A DNA stretch of 23,509 nt from an uncultured Acidobacteriota bacterium (GTDB lineage: Bacteria; Acidobacteriota; Thermoanaerobaculia; Multivoradales; JAHEKO01), in assembly GCA_963713825.1 (NCBI GenBank), contig CAVQNG010000029.1, forward strand, positions 1 through 23,509, in the 5' to 3' direction. Each line of letters begins with the position of its first letter. The stretch's first letter is position 1. Shown here piece by piece: positions 7,988 to 16,666 of this stretch. Both the position numbers and the translations under genes were made by a program. Below the pieces are notes generated by a model. The model was not told the origin of the DNA, ran no database searches, and saw only the letters and a program-made list of their open reading frames with translations.

Positions 7988-8851
7988 TTACTCTGTCACC
8001 CACTCGTGAGCGTCGTGGAATCTGAACTCGACAAGGAATCGTAGATCATTGACAGTACCTTCGGCGGGCCGCACGAGATTGTGAAAAAACTGCAAACCGA
8101 GGTTCATCTGTGCCCAGCCGAGCTCGAAGTGTCGCTGTACGCCACCGCCCACAGGGAGATACAACTTGTCACCCGACGGTTTGTTCCAGTACACCTGGAT
8201 GCCGTAGGGAACGTACGTCAGGTCCCAGTGCTCGCTCACCGAATAGAAGGCAAACGGCTTGATCATGAGCATGTTGACGCTCTTGCGATCCTCGTCGCCG
8301 GCAACCGACCAGACCTGCAGCGCGATGGCGCCGGCGAACCAGCGGCCGCTCTCGTACTCGTAATCGAAGCTGGGTCCGAACGACCACTTGCCGCTGCCGA
8401 GGGTGTCGTCCGAGGCGGTCGGGAACTGAGCCGCCACCCCAGGCGCGAAATGGTGTTTCCCGTGGTGTTCACTCTTCTTCGAAAACCAGAACGCGGTGAG
8501 CAAGTCGGTGATGCCATCGGCGGCCGCGGTGCCCGGATCCGGATTACCCGCCGGTTGACCCGGTACGCCGCGGCTGTACTCCGCCACCTCGAAGTACGAG
8601 ATGTTCTTGATCTCGAGGCTCTTCAGGCTGAGCTTGCTCTCGAACTCCATTCCCAGCGTGGTCGCGTCGTCGCTCTCGTCCCGCAGGAAGCTGCGAAAGA
8701 TCCAGTTGGCGTAGCGGTTGAGTCGGAGTCCCCTCGCGTCGGTGTCTACTGCCTCGCCATGCTCCTCCTGCGCTAGAAGAGGTTTCTCGGCGCCGACGAT
8801 CAGCAGGACGACAGCGATGGCGATGAGCACGACAAGGCTTCTCGAGTTCAT
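7988..8851 (-). CDS. Second exported putative beta-barrel protein of the same family
   Basis: Signal peptide, GITDL, FPTASDDTLGSGKWSFGP and LYLPVGGGV; C-terminal LRFLVEFRF. Shares the PGxPxGNPxP loop with 7125-7943. Confidence 0.8.
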   Translation of the reverse strand: MNSRSLVVLIAIAVVLLIVGAEKPLLAQEEHGEAVDTDARGLRLNRYANWIFRSFLRDESDDATTLGMEFESKLSLKSLEIKNISYFEVAEYSRGVPGQPAGNPDPGTAAADGITDLLTAFWFSKKSEHHGKHHFAPGVAAQFPTASDDTLGSGKWSFGPSFDYEYESGRWFAGAIALQVWSVAGDEDRKSVNMLMIKPFAFYSVSEHWDLTYVPYGIQVYWNKPSGDKLYLPVGGGVQRHFELGWAQMNLGLQFFHNLVRPAEGTVNDLRFLVEFRFHDAHEWVTE

Positions 8852-8893
8852 GTCAGGGTTCTCCCAGCAGCAGTTCGATTCGTTTCGTTCGCC

Positions 8894-9355
8894 CTATCCA
8901 CGGGCATCGAGCGAGTTGTTGGTGTGCACGTGGGTATCCCCCCAGAAGATCTCGGTGTTGCCGATGCCCGACTGACCTTGGGCGTTTTCGTAGTGGCGCA
9001 CTGTCAGGCGCGGCAAGATGGTGAAGCCCTTCAAGGGAATGGGCGCCACGATCCGCAGCTGGGCGAAGTCCGTATTGCCCGGCTTTCGGGTCTCGCCATT
9101 GGCGAGCTCGTCTTCGTGATAGCCAGGCATCACCTGCCAGGCGAACTGGAACGACCACTGGGTCGCTGTCGAATCCAGAGCCATGGTTGCGCGGTCTTCG
9201 TCCGAGATCTCGGAGGTTGCTTCATCGCTCTCGGCCGCATCTGCCACTGTCGCATCCTGTTCATCCGCCTTGGCTGCGGCGTGTCCGCATATCCAAAGCG
9301 CGAGCACAAGGACCAGCCCGAGGCTTCCAAGGCTTCGCTGTTTGACTATCTTCAT
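8894..9355 (-). pseudogene. Third family paralog, truncated and fused to a DUF3604-like N-terminal fragment
   Basis: AGGAG then ATG 9355; signal peptide; QLRIVAPIP...ILPRLTV...SGIGNTEI, then an abrupt FWGDTHVHTNNSLDARG-stop, the motif that begins DUF3604 (PHP-like) proteins. Confidence 0.65.
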
Positions 9356-9444
9356 GATCACGCTCCTGTTCTGTGAGACTTCACTCGCTGTCGATGGCAA
9401 CCGCCCAAGATCATCTCCTGCCGCGAAGATGTGGCGAATCCCGG

Positions 9445-9804
9445 TCATGCCTCATCGTGGCTTCGCTCCACCGGATCGAGAAATTCCAGGATCTTCATCT
9501 CCTCCATTCGTCCCAGAACCTCGATTGCACCGAGGAGCGCTTCGACAGGAACGGAGCGCAGCCTCTCGTCCATGGCCGCCTGTGAGCTCCAGCTCTCTCG
9601 CCATAGGAACATGTTCTCTGTGCCTACTCTCTCGAAACAACTGCGACTGCACGGCCCCGTCGATTCCCTGGAATCCGAAAGCAACGACATCGCGGTCTGG
9701 AGGAACTCGACTCGGTTTGCCGGCGCAATCCAGAACGTGATCTCAAAGCCGACCCGACCACCAGGGGCCTTCCGCCGCGATACAGATGCTTGTAGGGTTG
9801 TCAC
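9445..9804 (-). CDS. ABM-like (dimeric alpha+beta barrel) small protein
   Basis: 119 aa with the pattern PANRVEFLQTA...ENMFLWRESWSSQAAMDERLRS...LLGAIEVL. First gene after the sigma-54 promoter; the start (GTG 9804) is uncertain. Confidence 0.6.
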   Translation of the reverse strand: MTTLQASVSRRKAPGGRVGFEITFWIAPANRVEFLQTAMSLLSDSRESTGPCSRSCFERVGTENMFLWRESWSSQAAMDERLRSVPVEALLGAIEVLGRMEEMKILEFLDPVERSHDEA

Positions 9805-9817
9805 GTAGAGGACTTAC

Positions 9818-9833
9818 TGCACCCTCTGTGCCA
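9818..9833 (-). promoter_or_regulatory. Sigma-54 (-24/-12) promoter
   Basis: Minus strand reads TGGCACAGAGGGTGCA, an exact GG-N10-GC spacing with the TGGCAC box, divergent from a sigma-54 activator gene. Confidence 0.8.
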
Positions 9834-9860
9834 GACTGGTTCATTCCTGGAGCGCTTCTG

Positions 9861-9873
9861 TAAAGTACTGATT
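9861..9873 (-). promoter_or_regulatory. IHF-like binding site
   Basis: Minus strand AATCAGTACTTTA fits WATCARNNNNTTR and lies between the -24/-12 promoter and the putative enhancer. Confidence 0.55.
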
Positions 9874-9931
9874 CAGTTGGCTTTACCGATGTTCTCTGAT
9901 CGCCGAGGGTCGTGCTGGCGGCCCTGCGGGC

Positions 9932-9961
9932 ACGAAATGCCGTCGCGACACGATATTTCGT
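9932..9961. promoter_or_regulatory. Putative upstream activator sequence (two tandem dyads)
   Basis: ACGAAATGCCGT (9932-9943) and ACGATATTTCGT (9950-9961). The outer ends ACGAAAT/ATTTCGT form a perfect inverted repeat about 100-130 bp upstream of the -24 box. Confidence 0.6.
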
Positions 9962-9986
9962 AGCAGAGCTGCTAAGCTCTTCGCCG

Positions 9987-12119
9987 ATGAGTTTATTGAT
10001 AACCGGGTGGGTCGTAGCCGCTGCCATTTGCGTGTCCCTCGCAATGCTGCAGCTCTTGATCTGGCTGCTCCGGCGCAGCGAGACAAGCTACCTGATCTTC
10101 TCCGTGGCGACGCTGGCGGCTGCGGGGGTGGCCGTCGCCGAGATCGGAATGAGCGGCGCCAACTCCGTCGATGCCTTCATCAACAACTTCAAGCTGGCCA
10201 ACTACTGCATCGCAGCCCTTTTCACTTCCCTGGCCTGGTTCGTGGTCAGCTACTCCGACTCGCGGCGACGCTTGCTCGCCTGGGTCGCGACCGGCGGCTG
10301 GCTGGTCGGCGCTCTTATCAATCTAGCGCGACCGACCGGTCTCGCCCTGGCAGAGGTCTCGGGCTTGGACCAGGTCGTCACGTCCTGGGGGGAGACCTAC
10401 ACGGTCGCCATCGCCCAGACGGACGCCACCAAAATCCTCTCCGACATTTCGGCTCTCGTTGTCCTGCTCTTGGCCTTCTTGAGCTTTCTCGATCTGATGC
10501 GTTCTGGTCAGCGTCGACGCGCGGCCATTCTCGGGGCGATCAGCCTCTTCCTGGGTCTTGCCCTCGTCCACACCACCCTCGTGGACCTCGGCCTCCTCGC
10601 TTCGCCCTACCTGATCAGCTACTTCTTTCTCGCGATCGTCCTCGTGACCAGCTACCAACTGGCGGCGGAGGTCGCCCGGGCATCCGTGCTCTCGGAGCAA
10701 GTACGCTCCGACGAACATCGCTGGCGGTCCCTGCTCGAAGGAGTCCAACTCCTGGTGGCAGGAATCCAAGCCGATGGCACCCTCGACTACGTCAACCCCC
10801 ATCTCTGCGCCGTGGCAGGCTATTCGCCATCGGAGCTAGTCGGACAGCACATCCGCATGCTGCTTCCCGAAGACGAGCGCGAGCGCGTTCTGCCGAGACT
10901 GAAGCGAGCAGCAGGTGGCGAATTAGAGGCGAGTTTCGAGTCTCGACTCCTAACCAAGGCCGGCGAGCCACGAACCATCGTCTGGCGCAATGCCCTCATC
11001 CGAGGCGCTGATGCCGCGGCGACGCAGATTCTGAGCGTCGGGGTCGATGTCACAGCGCACCGGGAAGCCGAGAGCTCTCGGGACAGGGCGCTGGCGGAGG
11101 TCGAAGCCCTCAAGTCGCAGCTCGAGGAGGAGAACCTCTATCTCAAGGAGGAGATCAAGCTCGAGGGGGACTTCTCGAACATCATCGGCGAGAGCGAGGC
11201 TCTCAAGTATGTCCTCTTTCGCATCGAGCAGGTCGCCCCCGCGAATACGACCGTCCTGATCCAGGGCGAGACCGGTGTCGGCAAGGAGCTCGTCGCTCGC
11301 GCCATTCACGAGCGGAGCCAACGTTCTGCCGGGGCCTTCGTGCGACTCAACTGCGCGGCGCTGCCGGCCAGCCTGGTCGAGAGCGAGCTCTTCGGCCATG
11401 TGGCTGGTGCCTTTACCGATGCAAAAGGCAAGCGCGTCGGACGCTTCGAGTTGGCCAACGGCGGCACGCTGTTCCTCGACGAGGTCAGCGAGCTACCCAT
11501 GGATCTGCAACCCAAGTTGTTACGAGTCCTGCAAGACGGAGAGTTCGAGGCGGTGGGCAGCTCAGAAACCCGCAAGACCAACGTTCGACTGATCGCTGCA
11601 ACGAACCGAAATCTCGAGGAGGAGGTCGAACAGGGTCGGTTTCGCGAGGATCTCTTCTACCGGCTCCACGTCTACCCGATCACCGTCCCGCCGCTGCGAG
11701 ATCGACAGCAGGACATTTCGCTGCTGGTCGAGCACTTCCTGCCACAGATCTGCTCGCGAGTCGGAAGAACCGTCTGCGAGGTCCCCTCCGGTGCCTTGCG
11801 GATCCTCCAGAGCTACTCCTGGCCCGGCAACGTTCGGCAGCTACAGAATGTGCTCGAAGAGTCGGTCGTGATCTCTACCGGCCGGGTTCTTCGCTTGCCG
11901 GCCCATTTCGGTGACTCTCCTGCACAAGAGATCGAGCCGACTGGCTTCAAGAGCCTGGCCGAGTTTGAGAGGGACTACATTCGGAGCGTGCTCGAAGCCA
12001 CCCATGGCCAGGTTGGTGGTGAGGGCGGCGCAGCCGAGATCCTGGGTCTCCACCCCAACACCCTGCGCTCCCGGATGAAGAAACTGGGCATCTCCCTCAA
12101 GGATCTCGCCTCCCGTTGA
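9987..12119 (+). CDS. Membrane-anchored sigma-54 enhancer-binding protein (multi-TM sensor + PAS + AAA+ + Fis-type HTH)
   Basis: About 7 hydrophobic helices, PAS (YVNP...GYSPSELVG), Walker [24 protein letters not shown], Walker [23 protein letters not shown] and [23 protein letters not shown]. No receiver domain. ATG 9987 is preferred over GTG 9912, which lies upstream of the putative UAS. Confidence 0.92.
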   Translation: MSLLITGWVVAAAICVSLAMLQLLIWLLRRSETSYLIFSVATLAAAGVAVAEIGMSGANSVDAFINNFKLANYCIAALFTSLAWFVVSYSDSRRRLLAWVATGGWLVGALINLARPTGLALAEVSGLDQVVTSWGETYTVAIAQTDATKILSDISALVVLLLAFLSFLDLMRSGQRRRAAILGAISLFLGLALVHTTLVDLGLLASPYLISYFFLAIVLVTSYQLAAEVARASVLSEQVRSDEHRWRSLLEGVQLLVAGIQADGTLDYVNPHLCAVAGYSPSELVGQHIRMLLPEDERERVLPRLKRAAGGELEASFESRLLTKAGEPRTIVWRNALIRGADAAATQILSVGVDVTAHREAESSRDRALAEVEALKSQLEEENLYLKEEIKLEGDFSNIIGESEALKYVLFRIEQVAPANTTVLIQGETGVGKELVARAIHERSQRSAGAFVRLNCAALPASLVESELFGHVAGAFTDAKGKRVGRFELANGGTLFLDEVSELPMDLQPKLLRVLQDGEFEAVGSSETRKTNVRLIAATNRNLEEEVEQGRFREDLFYRLHVYPITVPPLRDRQQDISLLVEHFLPQICSRVGRTVCEVPSGALRILQSYSWPGNVRQLQNVLEESVVISTGRVLRLPAHFGDSPAQEIEPTGFKSLAEFERDYIRSVLEATHGQVGGEGGAAEILGLHPNTLRSRMKKLGISLKDLASR

Positions 12120-12131
12120 GCCGGGAATCGG

Positions 12132-12667
12132 CTGCGCCGGCACCAAGAGGAAAATCCGATCGAGATACCAGTCCCAGTACGTGTTCGAGGTGATCGTCGC
12201 CTTCTCGTACGGATCGGTTCGGAGATTGAACAACCAGGGCATCCGCGAAAACGTATACGGCTCGCTCCAGATATCTAGAGTGCCCTGCGACCGCTGCTGA
12301 GCGAAGACGATCTTCCAGTTGTCGTAGCGCAGTCCTGTGAGGTCACCGTCATCATCCTCTTCGGCATTCAGGTGGTAGAGATTGCCTTCGAAAGACGCTC
12401 TGGCCGGTGATGAAGGCCGACCGTCCCTCGGTGCAGCTCTGCTCGGCGTAGTAGTCGGTGAAGATCATCCCCTCTTTGGCGACGCGGTCGATGTTCGGGC
12501 TTTGGAAACCTATCAGGCCCTTGGTGTAGGCGCTGACGTCACTCTGCCCGATATCGTCGCCCCAGATGAAGACGATGTTCGGCTTGTCCTGGGCGGCGAC
12601 CATCGTGGTCATCGAGAGGGCCACCAGAGCACCTGCCACCAAAGTGAACTTCTTGTTCTTCGTTCAA
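12132..12667 (-). pseudogene. Arylsulfatase pseudogene with multiple internal deletions
   Basis: Three collinear pieces homologous to 5200-6756: N-terminus to SCTEGRSAFITGQSVFR (ends ~12387), GNLYHLNAEE (12357-12386, frameshifted) and DDGDLTGLRYDNWK...FNLRTDPYEKA...LLVPAQ (12132-12356). The C-terminus is lost. Confidence 0.88.
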
Positions 12668-12739
12668 GATCTTCTTTCTTGTTTCTCAGATTACTCCGAA
12701 GAGCTTACGCCTAATGTTGTCGTTACGGCTTGCACAACG

Positions 12740-14263
12740 TCAGACTCGGGCTACTCCCGGGATCGCTCTGCCAGACAAGTCCGAAGCCTCGATCTGAAGG
12801 TGTGAAAGAAATGTCGGCACCAGGTCCAACGGATCGATGTCTCCCTGGTCGCCGCGCGCCGAGACGCCTGGCCCGGCCGCAGCAAAAAACCCGTAGGGAG
12901 AATGATCGGTTCCCCTGTGGAAACCGGTCTTGCCCTGATGGATCTCGCCCCGGGGGTGAACCACATGGTCCACGAAGTGCTCGGCCTCCTGCCACTCCGC
13001 AAAAAGATCCGGCAACTCTCTGGGGGGCTCGCTGTCGAAGAGCTCTGCGGTACGGTAGACGGTCTTGATGGCAGCTTGACCCGTCACGGGGTCGATCAGC
13101 TGTTTCAAGTCCCTCTCCAACTCATTCAGCGCCGCGTCGTACTCCTCTCCTGGTTCGACAATGCCCTGCGGCTCCCGCCCTTTCAGGTTGACCCGAAACT
13201 GACCGGTGTACAGGGATGGAATGCAGAAGATGCGCGTCCGTGACCAGTCGGTCGACGACCTGAACTTCTCGCTGATCAGCTTCTCCTGCGCCTCACGCGA
13301 GAGCGCCCTGCTGAGAAGGTCTCGCCACGACTGGGGCAGCAGCTGTCGGAGCGTCTGCGTGAAACTGAAACCCGACGGACCTTCAGGCGCGTGCTGGTAG
13401 CCCAGTTGCCAGCAGATCGCCTCGTTCAACCCTTGAGCCGGCCACTGCGGCTTGAGACCGACGGAGGAGACGACGAACACATTGGGGTCGGCCCCCAGCA
13501 CCCCCTGGATGAGTCCCATCTCTCTGTCGATTGCCTGGTAGATGTTCTTGACCGCATTCCCCATCTCTGTGGACTTCGGCGCCTCGTGATCCGCTTCGAC
13601 AAGGTACTTCCAGAATTGATGTCCGCCCGTGTGGCACTCCCCGAAGACCGCGACAATGAGATCGAACTGATCGCCGGTGAGCAGCTCTCGACAGAGCTCC
13701 CCTTTCTTGCGGACACGCTCCATCAGCCGTCGGTAGATCTCTCGATCCCCCTCTTCGGTCGACTCCGGCTCTTCGTGGATGACCCTCCGAGGACCGAAAG
13801 ATCCCTCGATCCGCTGGAGTAACTCAGCAGGAAATGTCGACGCTTCGAAGTAGGGGTAGTGTGTCGCCCATTCCGAGAGCTGAATCCCCGACTGCGGCTC
13901 TGGGCCGGCGATGTCCGGAACATCGATAACGGCGACCCGCTCGTCACCACCGAGCCGGCGCCAGAAGGGCTCGACTTCGAGGAAGCGACCCCGAGCGGGA
14001 GCTAGATCGTAGGTGCCTGGAACGAGCTGGCGGAAGTAGTGATACCCATGCTTCGATCGCGACACGCCGCTCATCAGGGAGACCCACATCCCGTGCTCAC
14101 AGAACATCTCAGGCCCCGCCGTTCTCGCCCAACAGCCGCCTTTCATGAGTGATCCCAGGGTGGGAAGCGTTCCATCCATACCCCATCGGTGGAGCAAGCC
14201 AGGATCCCCGGCGTCGAACCCGAAGACCACCAAGGGTGACGAACTTGTACCGTCCTTCTTCAT
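12740..14263 (-). CDS. Alkaline-phosphatase-superfamily protein (type I phosphodiesterase / nucleotide pyrophosphatase-like)
   Basis: VVFGFDAGD, WVSLMSGVSRSKHG, HTGGHQFW, IYQAIDREMG, RVNLKGREPQGIV, TDHSPYGFF and DLVPTFL. ATGA-coupled to the GT4 gene. Confidence 0.85.
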   Translation of the reverse strand: MKKDGTSSSPLVVFGFDAGDPGLLHRWGMDGTLPTLGSLMKGGCWARTAGPEMFCEHGMWVSLMSGVSRSKHGYHYFRQLVPGTYDLAPARGRFLEVEPFWRRLGGDERVAVIDVPDIAGPEPQSGIQLSEWATHYPYFEASTFPAELLQRIEGSFGPRRVIHEEPESTEEGDREIYRRLMERVRKKGELCRELLTGDQFDLIVAVFGECHTGGHQFWKYLVEADHEAPKSTEMGNAVKNIYQAIDREMGLIQGVLGADPNVFVVSSVGLKPQWPAQGLNEAICWQLGYQHAPEGPSGFSFTQTLRQLLPQSWRDLLSRALSREAQEKLISEKFRSSTDWSRTRIFCIPSLYTGQFRVNLKGREPQGIVEPGEEYDAALNELERDLKQLIDPVTGQAAIKTVYRTAELFDSEPPRELPDLFAEWQEAEHFVDHVVHPRGEIHQGKTGFHRGTDHSPYGFFAAAGPGVSARGDQGDIDPLDLVPTFLSHLQIEASDLSGRAIPGVARV

Positions 14264-15447
14264 CTCTGTCCTTCCCTCCCGGTCAGGTCCTCATACAGCG
14301 AGACCACGCGGCCGACGCTCCGGTCCACGGTGTACTCCGCCAGCGCCACCTCCCTGCCAGCCGCTCCCATGGCTTCGCATCGTTCTCGGTTCGTGAGCAG
14401 CTCCATCAAGACCTCCGACCACGCCATGTCGTCCCCAGGAGGAACCAGCACTCCGGTGCCTTGCCGGACGATATCGCGAAGGCCACCACCGTCGCTGGCC
14501 ACCACGGCAGTACCGCGCATCATCGCTTCGATGGCAACCATACCGAACGGCTCCTCCCACTGCGAAGGCACAGCCTGAACCCAAGCGGAGTCCAGGTGCC
14601 TCTCCATCTCCGCCCTTTCCAAGGCTCCAGAGAAGTCGACCTTGTCGTCGATCCCGAGCTCGACAGCAAGTCCCTGCAAATCAGTCCTCTGCGGTCCGTC
14701 ACCGACAATTTCGAGCCGCGCTTCGGGTAGCTCCACCAAGACTCTCCTGAACGCGTGGAGTAACGTGTCGACCCCCTTCTCCGTTGACAATCGCCCCGCG
14801 TATGCAAGCCTGGGTTCGTTGGCAAGTGGCGGACGTGGCTGCCGCTGCCTGCAGCCGTTGGGGATGATCCGGCATGGACCCACACCCTCGGCCTCGAGCC
14901 GCTCCTTCATGGCCCGGCTGGTCGTCACCAGAGCGTCGAAGACATCCATGTCTCGGCGCCAGAGATGGTGCTGAACCATCATGGCCGCCCAACTTGGCAG
15001 CGTCATGCATCGGCTTCGCAGACAGACTCTCCCAGGCTGTGATTCGCACCGGCTACCATCGGGAAGCATCTTCCTGCCCGTCGGACAGATGGGCTTGTAG
15101 ACCACTATGTGATAGATCGAGCGATACCCACGGAGTGGGCCCAGAATCATGGGTGAGAGCTGCCAGAGAAACATCTTGATGTGGACCACGTCGGGCCGAT
15201 ACTCATCGAGAGCCCGTTGCAGGGATCGACGCGCCGAGAGGTTGACTGTCGAGGAGAGCGCTTGCAGCGGTGAGGTGGTGCCAAAGCAGGTGTCATTGGC
15301 GAAAGACGGTCCGGGGATCAACTCCGCCCGACTTGCAAACACGCGTACCTCGTGACCGCGTCGGCGCAGCCCGTCCCGCAGCGCCTCGAGCGTGATCTCC
15401 GCTCCTGCGGTCGGCGTAGCGTAGTCGTTGACCAGGAGGACCTTCAT
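14260..15447 (-). CDS. Glycosyltransferase family 4 (GT-B)
   Basis: MKVLLVNDY...AGAE, RPDVVH, IIPNG, YAGRLSTEKG, IVGDGP and PSQWEEPFGMVAIEAMMRGTAVVAS (E-x7-E). Confidence 0.92.
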   Translation of the reverse strand: MKVLLVNDYATPTAGAEITLEALRDGLRRRGHEVRVFASRAELIPGPSFANDTCFGTTSPLQALSSTVNLSARRSLQRALDEYRPDVVHIKMFLWQLSPMILGPLRGYRSIYHIVVYKPICPTGRKMLPDGSRCESQPGRVCLRSRCMTLPSWAAMMVQHHLWRRDMDVFDALVTTSRAMKERLEAEGVGPCRIIPNGCRQRQPRPPLANEPRLAYAGRLSTEKGVDTLLHAFRRVLVELPEARLEIVGDGPQRTDLQGLAVELGIDDKVDFSGALERAEMERHLDSAWVQAVPSQWEEPFGMVAIEAMMRGTAVVASDGGGLRDIVRQGTGVLVPPGDDMAWSEVLMELLTNRERCEAMGAAGREVALAEYTVDRSVGRVVSLYEDLTGREGQR

Positions 15448-15472
15448 CCTGCCGGTACCAGGAGATGGACAC

Positions 15473-16528
15473 TCAACTGTCCGCAACCTCCGCCTCGACG
15501 CGAACTGTCCTCGATTCCTCGGCTGACCGCATCGCCGTATCCAATAGAGACAGACCACGAAGACCATCATCGAGATCAGGCATGGCAGGGCGGCCTTCTC
15601 GGGCCGCTCGAGAGAATTCGTTCAGGGCCTCCGAGTAGCTCGCCTCGGGTACCCCACCGCGGAGCTTGCGCTGCCAATAGGAGAGGTCAGCCAGCGCCCC
15701 CACGGCATTCGATACCCGGAGCAGTCGTACCCGATCGAGCGTAGTCGGATGTACCTCTATTCGATCGCTGCGATAGCGATCGATGACGATCCTGCCGGCG
15801 TCGCCATAGATCTCGATGCGGTCGTCCTCCACCGAGCTGATCGTGGCCAGGATATGAACGGCTACGCCGCCCTCCATCTCCAGCCGAACCGCCGCCGTAT
15901 CGTCCTCGGAATGAACCGCTCGCAGGTGGCACGAGATGGCCAGTGGTCGGGATTGCAGTAGCCATGGCAGCAGATCGAGATGGTGCGACGCCAGGTCCAG
16001 CAACGCTCCGCCGCCGGTCTCCCGCTGCCGCTTCCAGTCGGGCAGATCCCGCAAGGGGGTGGAGAAGACGGTCTGCGCGGCTACCACCCGGCCGATCCGC
16101 CCCTTGGCTATCAACCGGCGCGCCTCCCCTTGCATGCTGCCGAAGCGGTAGTTGTGACCGATCATGCCGGTCGTTCCCGCCGCCTTCCATGCCGCGACGA
16201 CCTCCCGCGCGGCTGCCAGGGTCGGAGCCATGGGTTTCTCCAGATAGACGTGCAATCCCCTGGCGAAGGCGGCGGCGGCGGCGCCAGCGTGCAGTGCGTT
16301 CGGCAGGGTAATCACCACGGCGTCGAGCTGGACCTCGTCAAGAAGCGTCTCGACCCCATCGAATACCGCGGCAGCAGGAAGACAACGGCTCACCTCTTCC
16401 CGCCGGGCGGCGTCCGCCTCGGCTATTGCAACTACATCGACGCCCTCGAGCCCTGCCAGCACCGGCAGATGGATGTGCTCGGCCACCCGACCGTAGCCCA
16501 GCAGGGCCACCCTGAGTTTGCTGTCCAC
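15473..16528 (-). CDS. Gfo/Idh/MocA-family NAD(P)-dependent oxidoreductase
   Basis: LRVALLGYGRVA, LPNALH, HVYLEKPMA, GHNYRF and GGGALLDLASHHLD. AGGAG upstream of the GTG start. Confidence 0.93.
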   Translation of the reverse strand: MDSKLRVALLGYGRVAEHIHLPVLAGLEGVDVVAIAEADAARREEVSRCLPAAAVFDGVETLLDEVQLDAVVITLPNALHAGAAAAAFARGLHVYLEKPMAPTLAAAREVVAAWKAAGTTGMIGHNYRFGSMQGEARRLIAKGRIGRVVAAQTVFSTPLRDLPDWKRQRETGGGALLDLASHHLDLLPWLLQSRPLAISCHLRAVHSEDDTAAVRLEMEGGVAVHILATISSVEDDRIEIYGDAGRIVIDRYRSDRIEVHPTTLDRVRLLRVSNAVGALADLSYWQRKLRGGVPEASYSEALNEFSRAAREGRPAMPDLDDGLRGLSLLDTAMRSAEESRTVRVEAEVADS

Positions 16529-16666
16529 TATGCTCGACTCCTATCAAGGGCTGTTCGGCGACCTTGCATTTCGAAGAACCCTATACTCCCATGGTCGAAC
16601 GCTCGCGTGGAGAAATGGCATCCGCGAGCTCGAAACCGGGTTCCCGCCACCTATACTTGGCGCTCG

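Noticed and set aside
6786-8009. 407-aa plus-strand ORF
   Set aside because: Antisense to well-supported minus-strand genes; expected in high-GC DNA.
11395-11425. GAFTDA instead of GAFTGA as evidence of a sigma-54-independent activator
   Set aside because: GAFTDA is a common natural variant retaining the F and T, and a good -24/-12 promoter is adjacent.
11841-12242. 133-aa minus-strand ORF as a real gene
   Set aside because: Its first ~37 aa are the sulfatase remnant and the rest is antisense to the activator.
12352-12354. TGA ending the 96-aa sulfatase ORF as a second Sec codon
   Set aside because: The stop is out of the homologous frame, results from a deletion frameshift, and is not at a Cys position.
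15980-16666. Long N-terminal extension of cardiolipin synthase
   Set aside because: Overlaps the opposite-strand oxidoreductase; cls-like sequence starts near 16667-16730.
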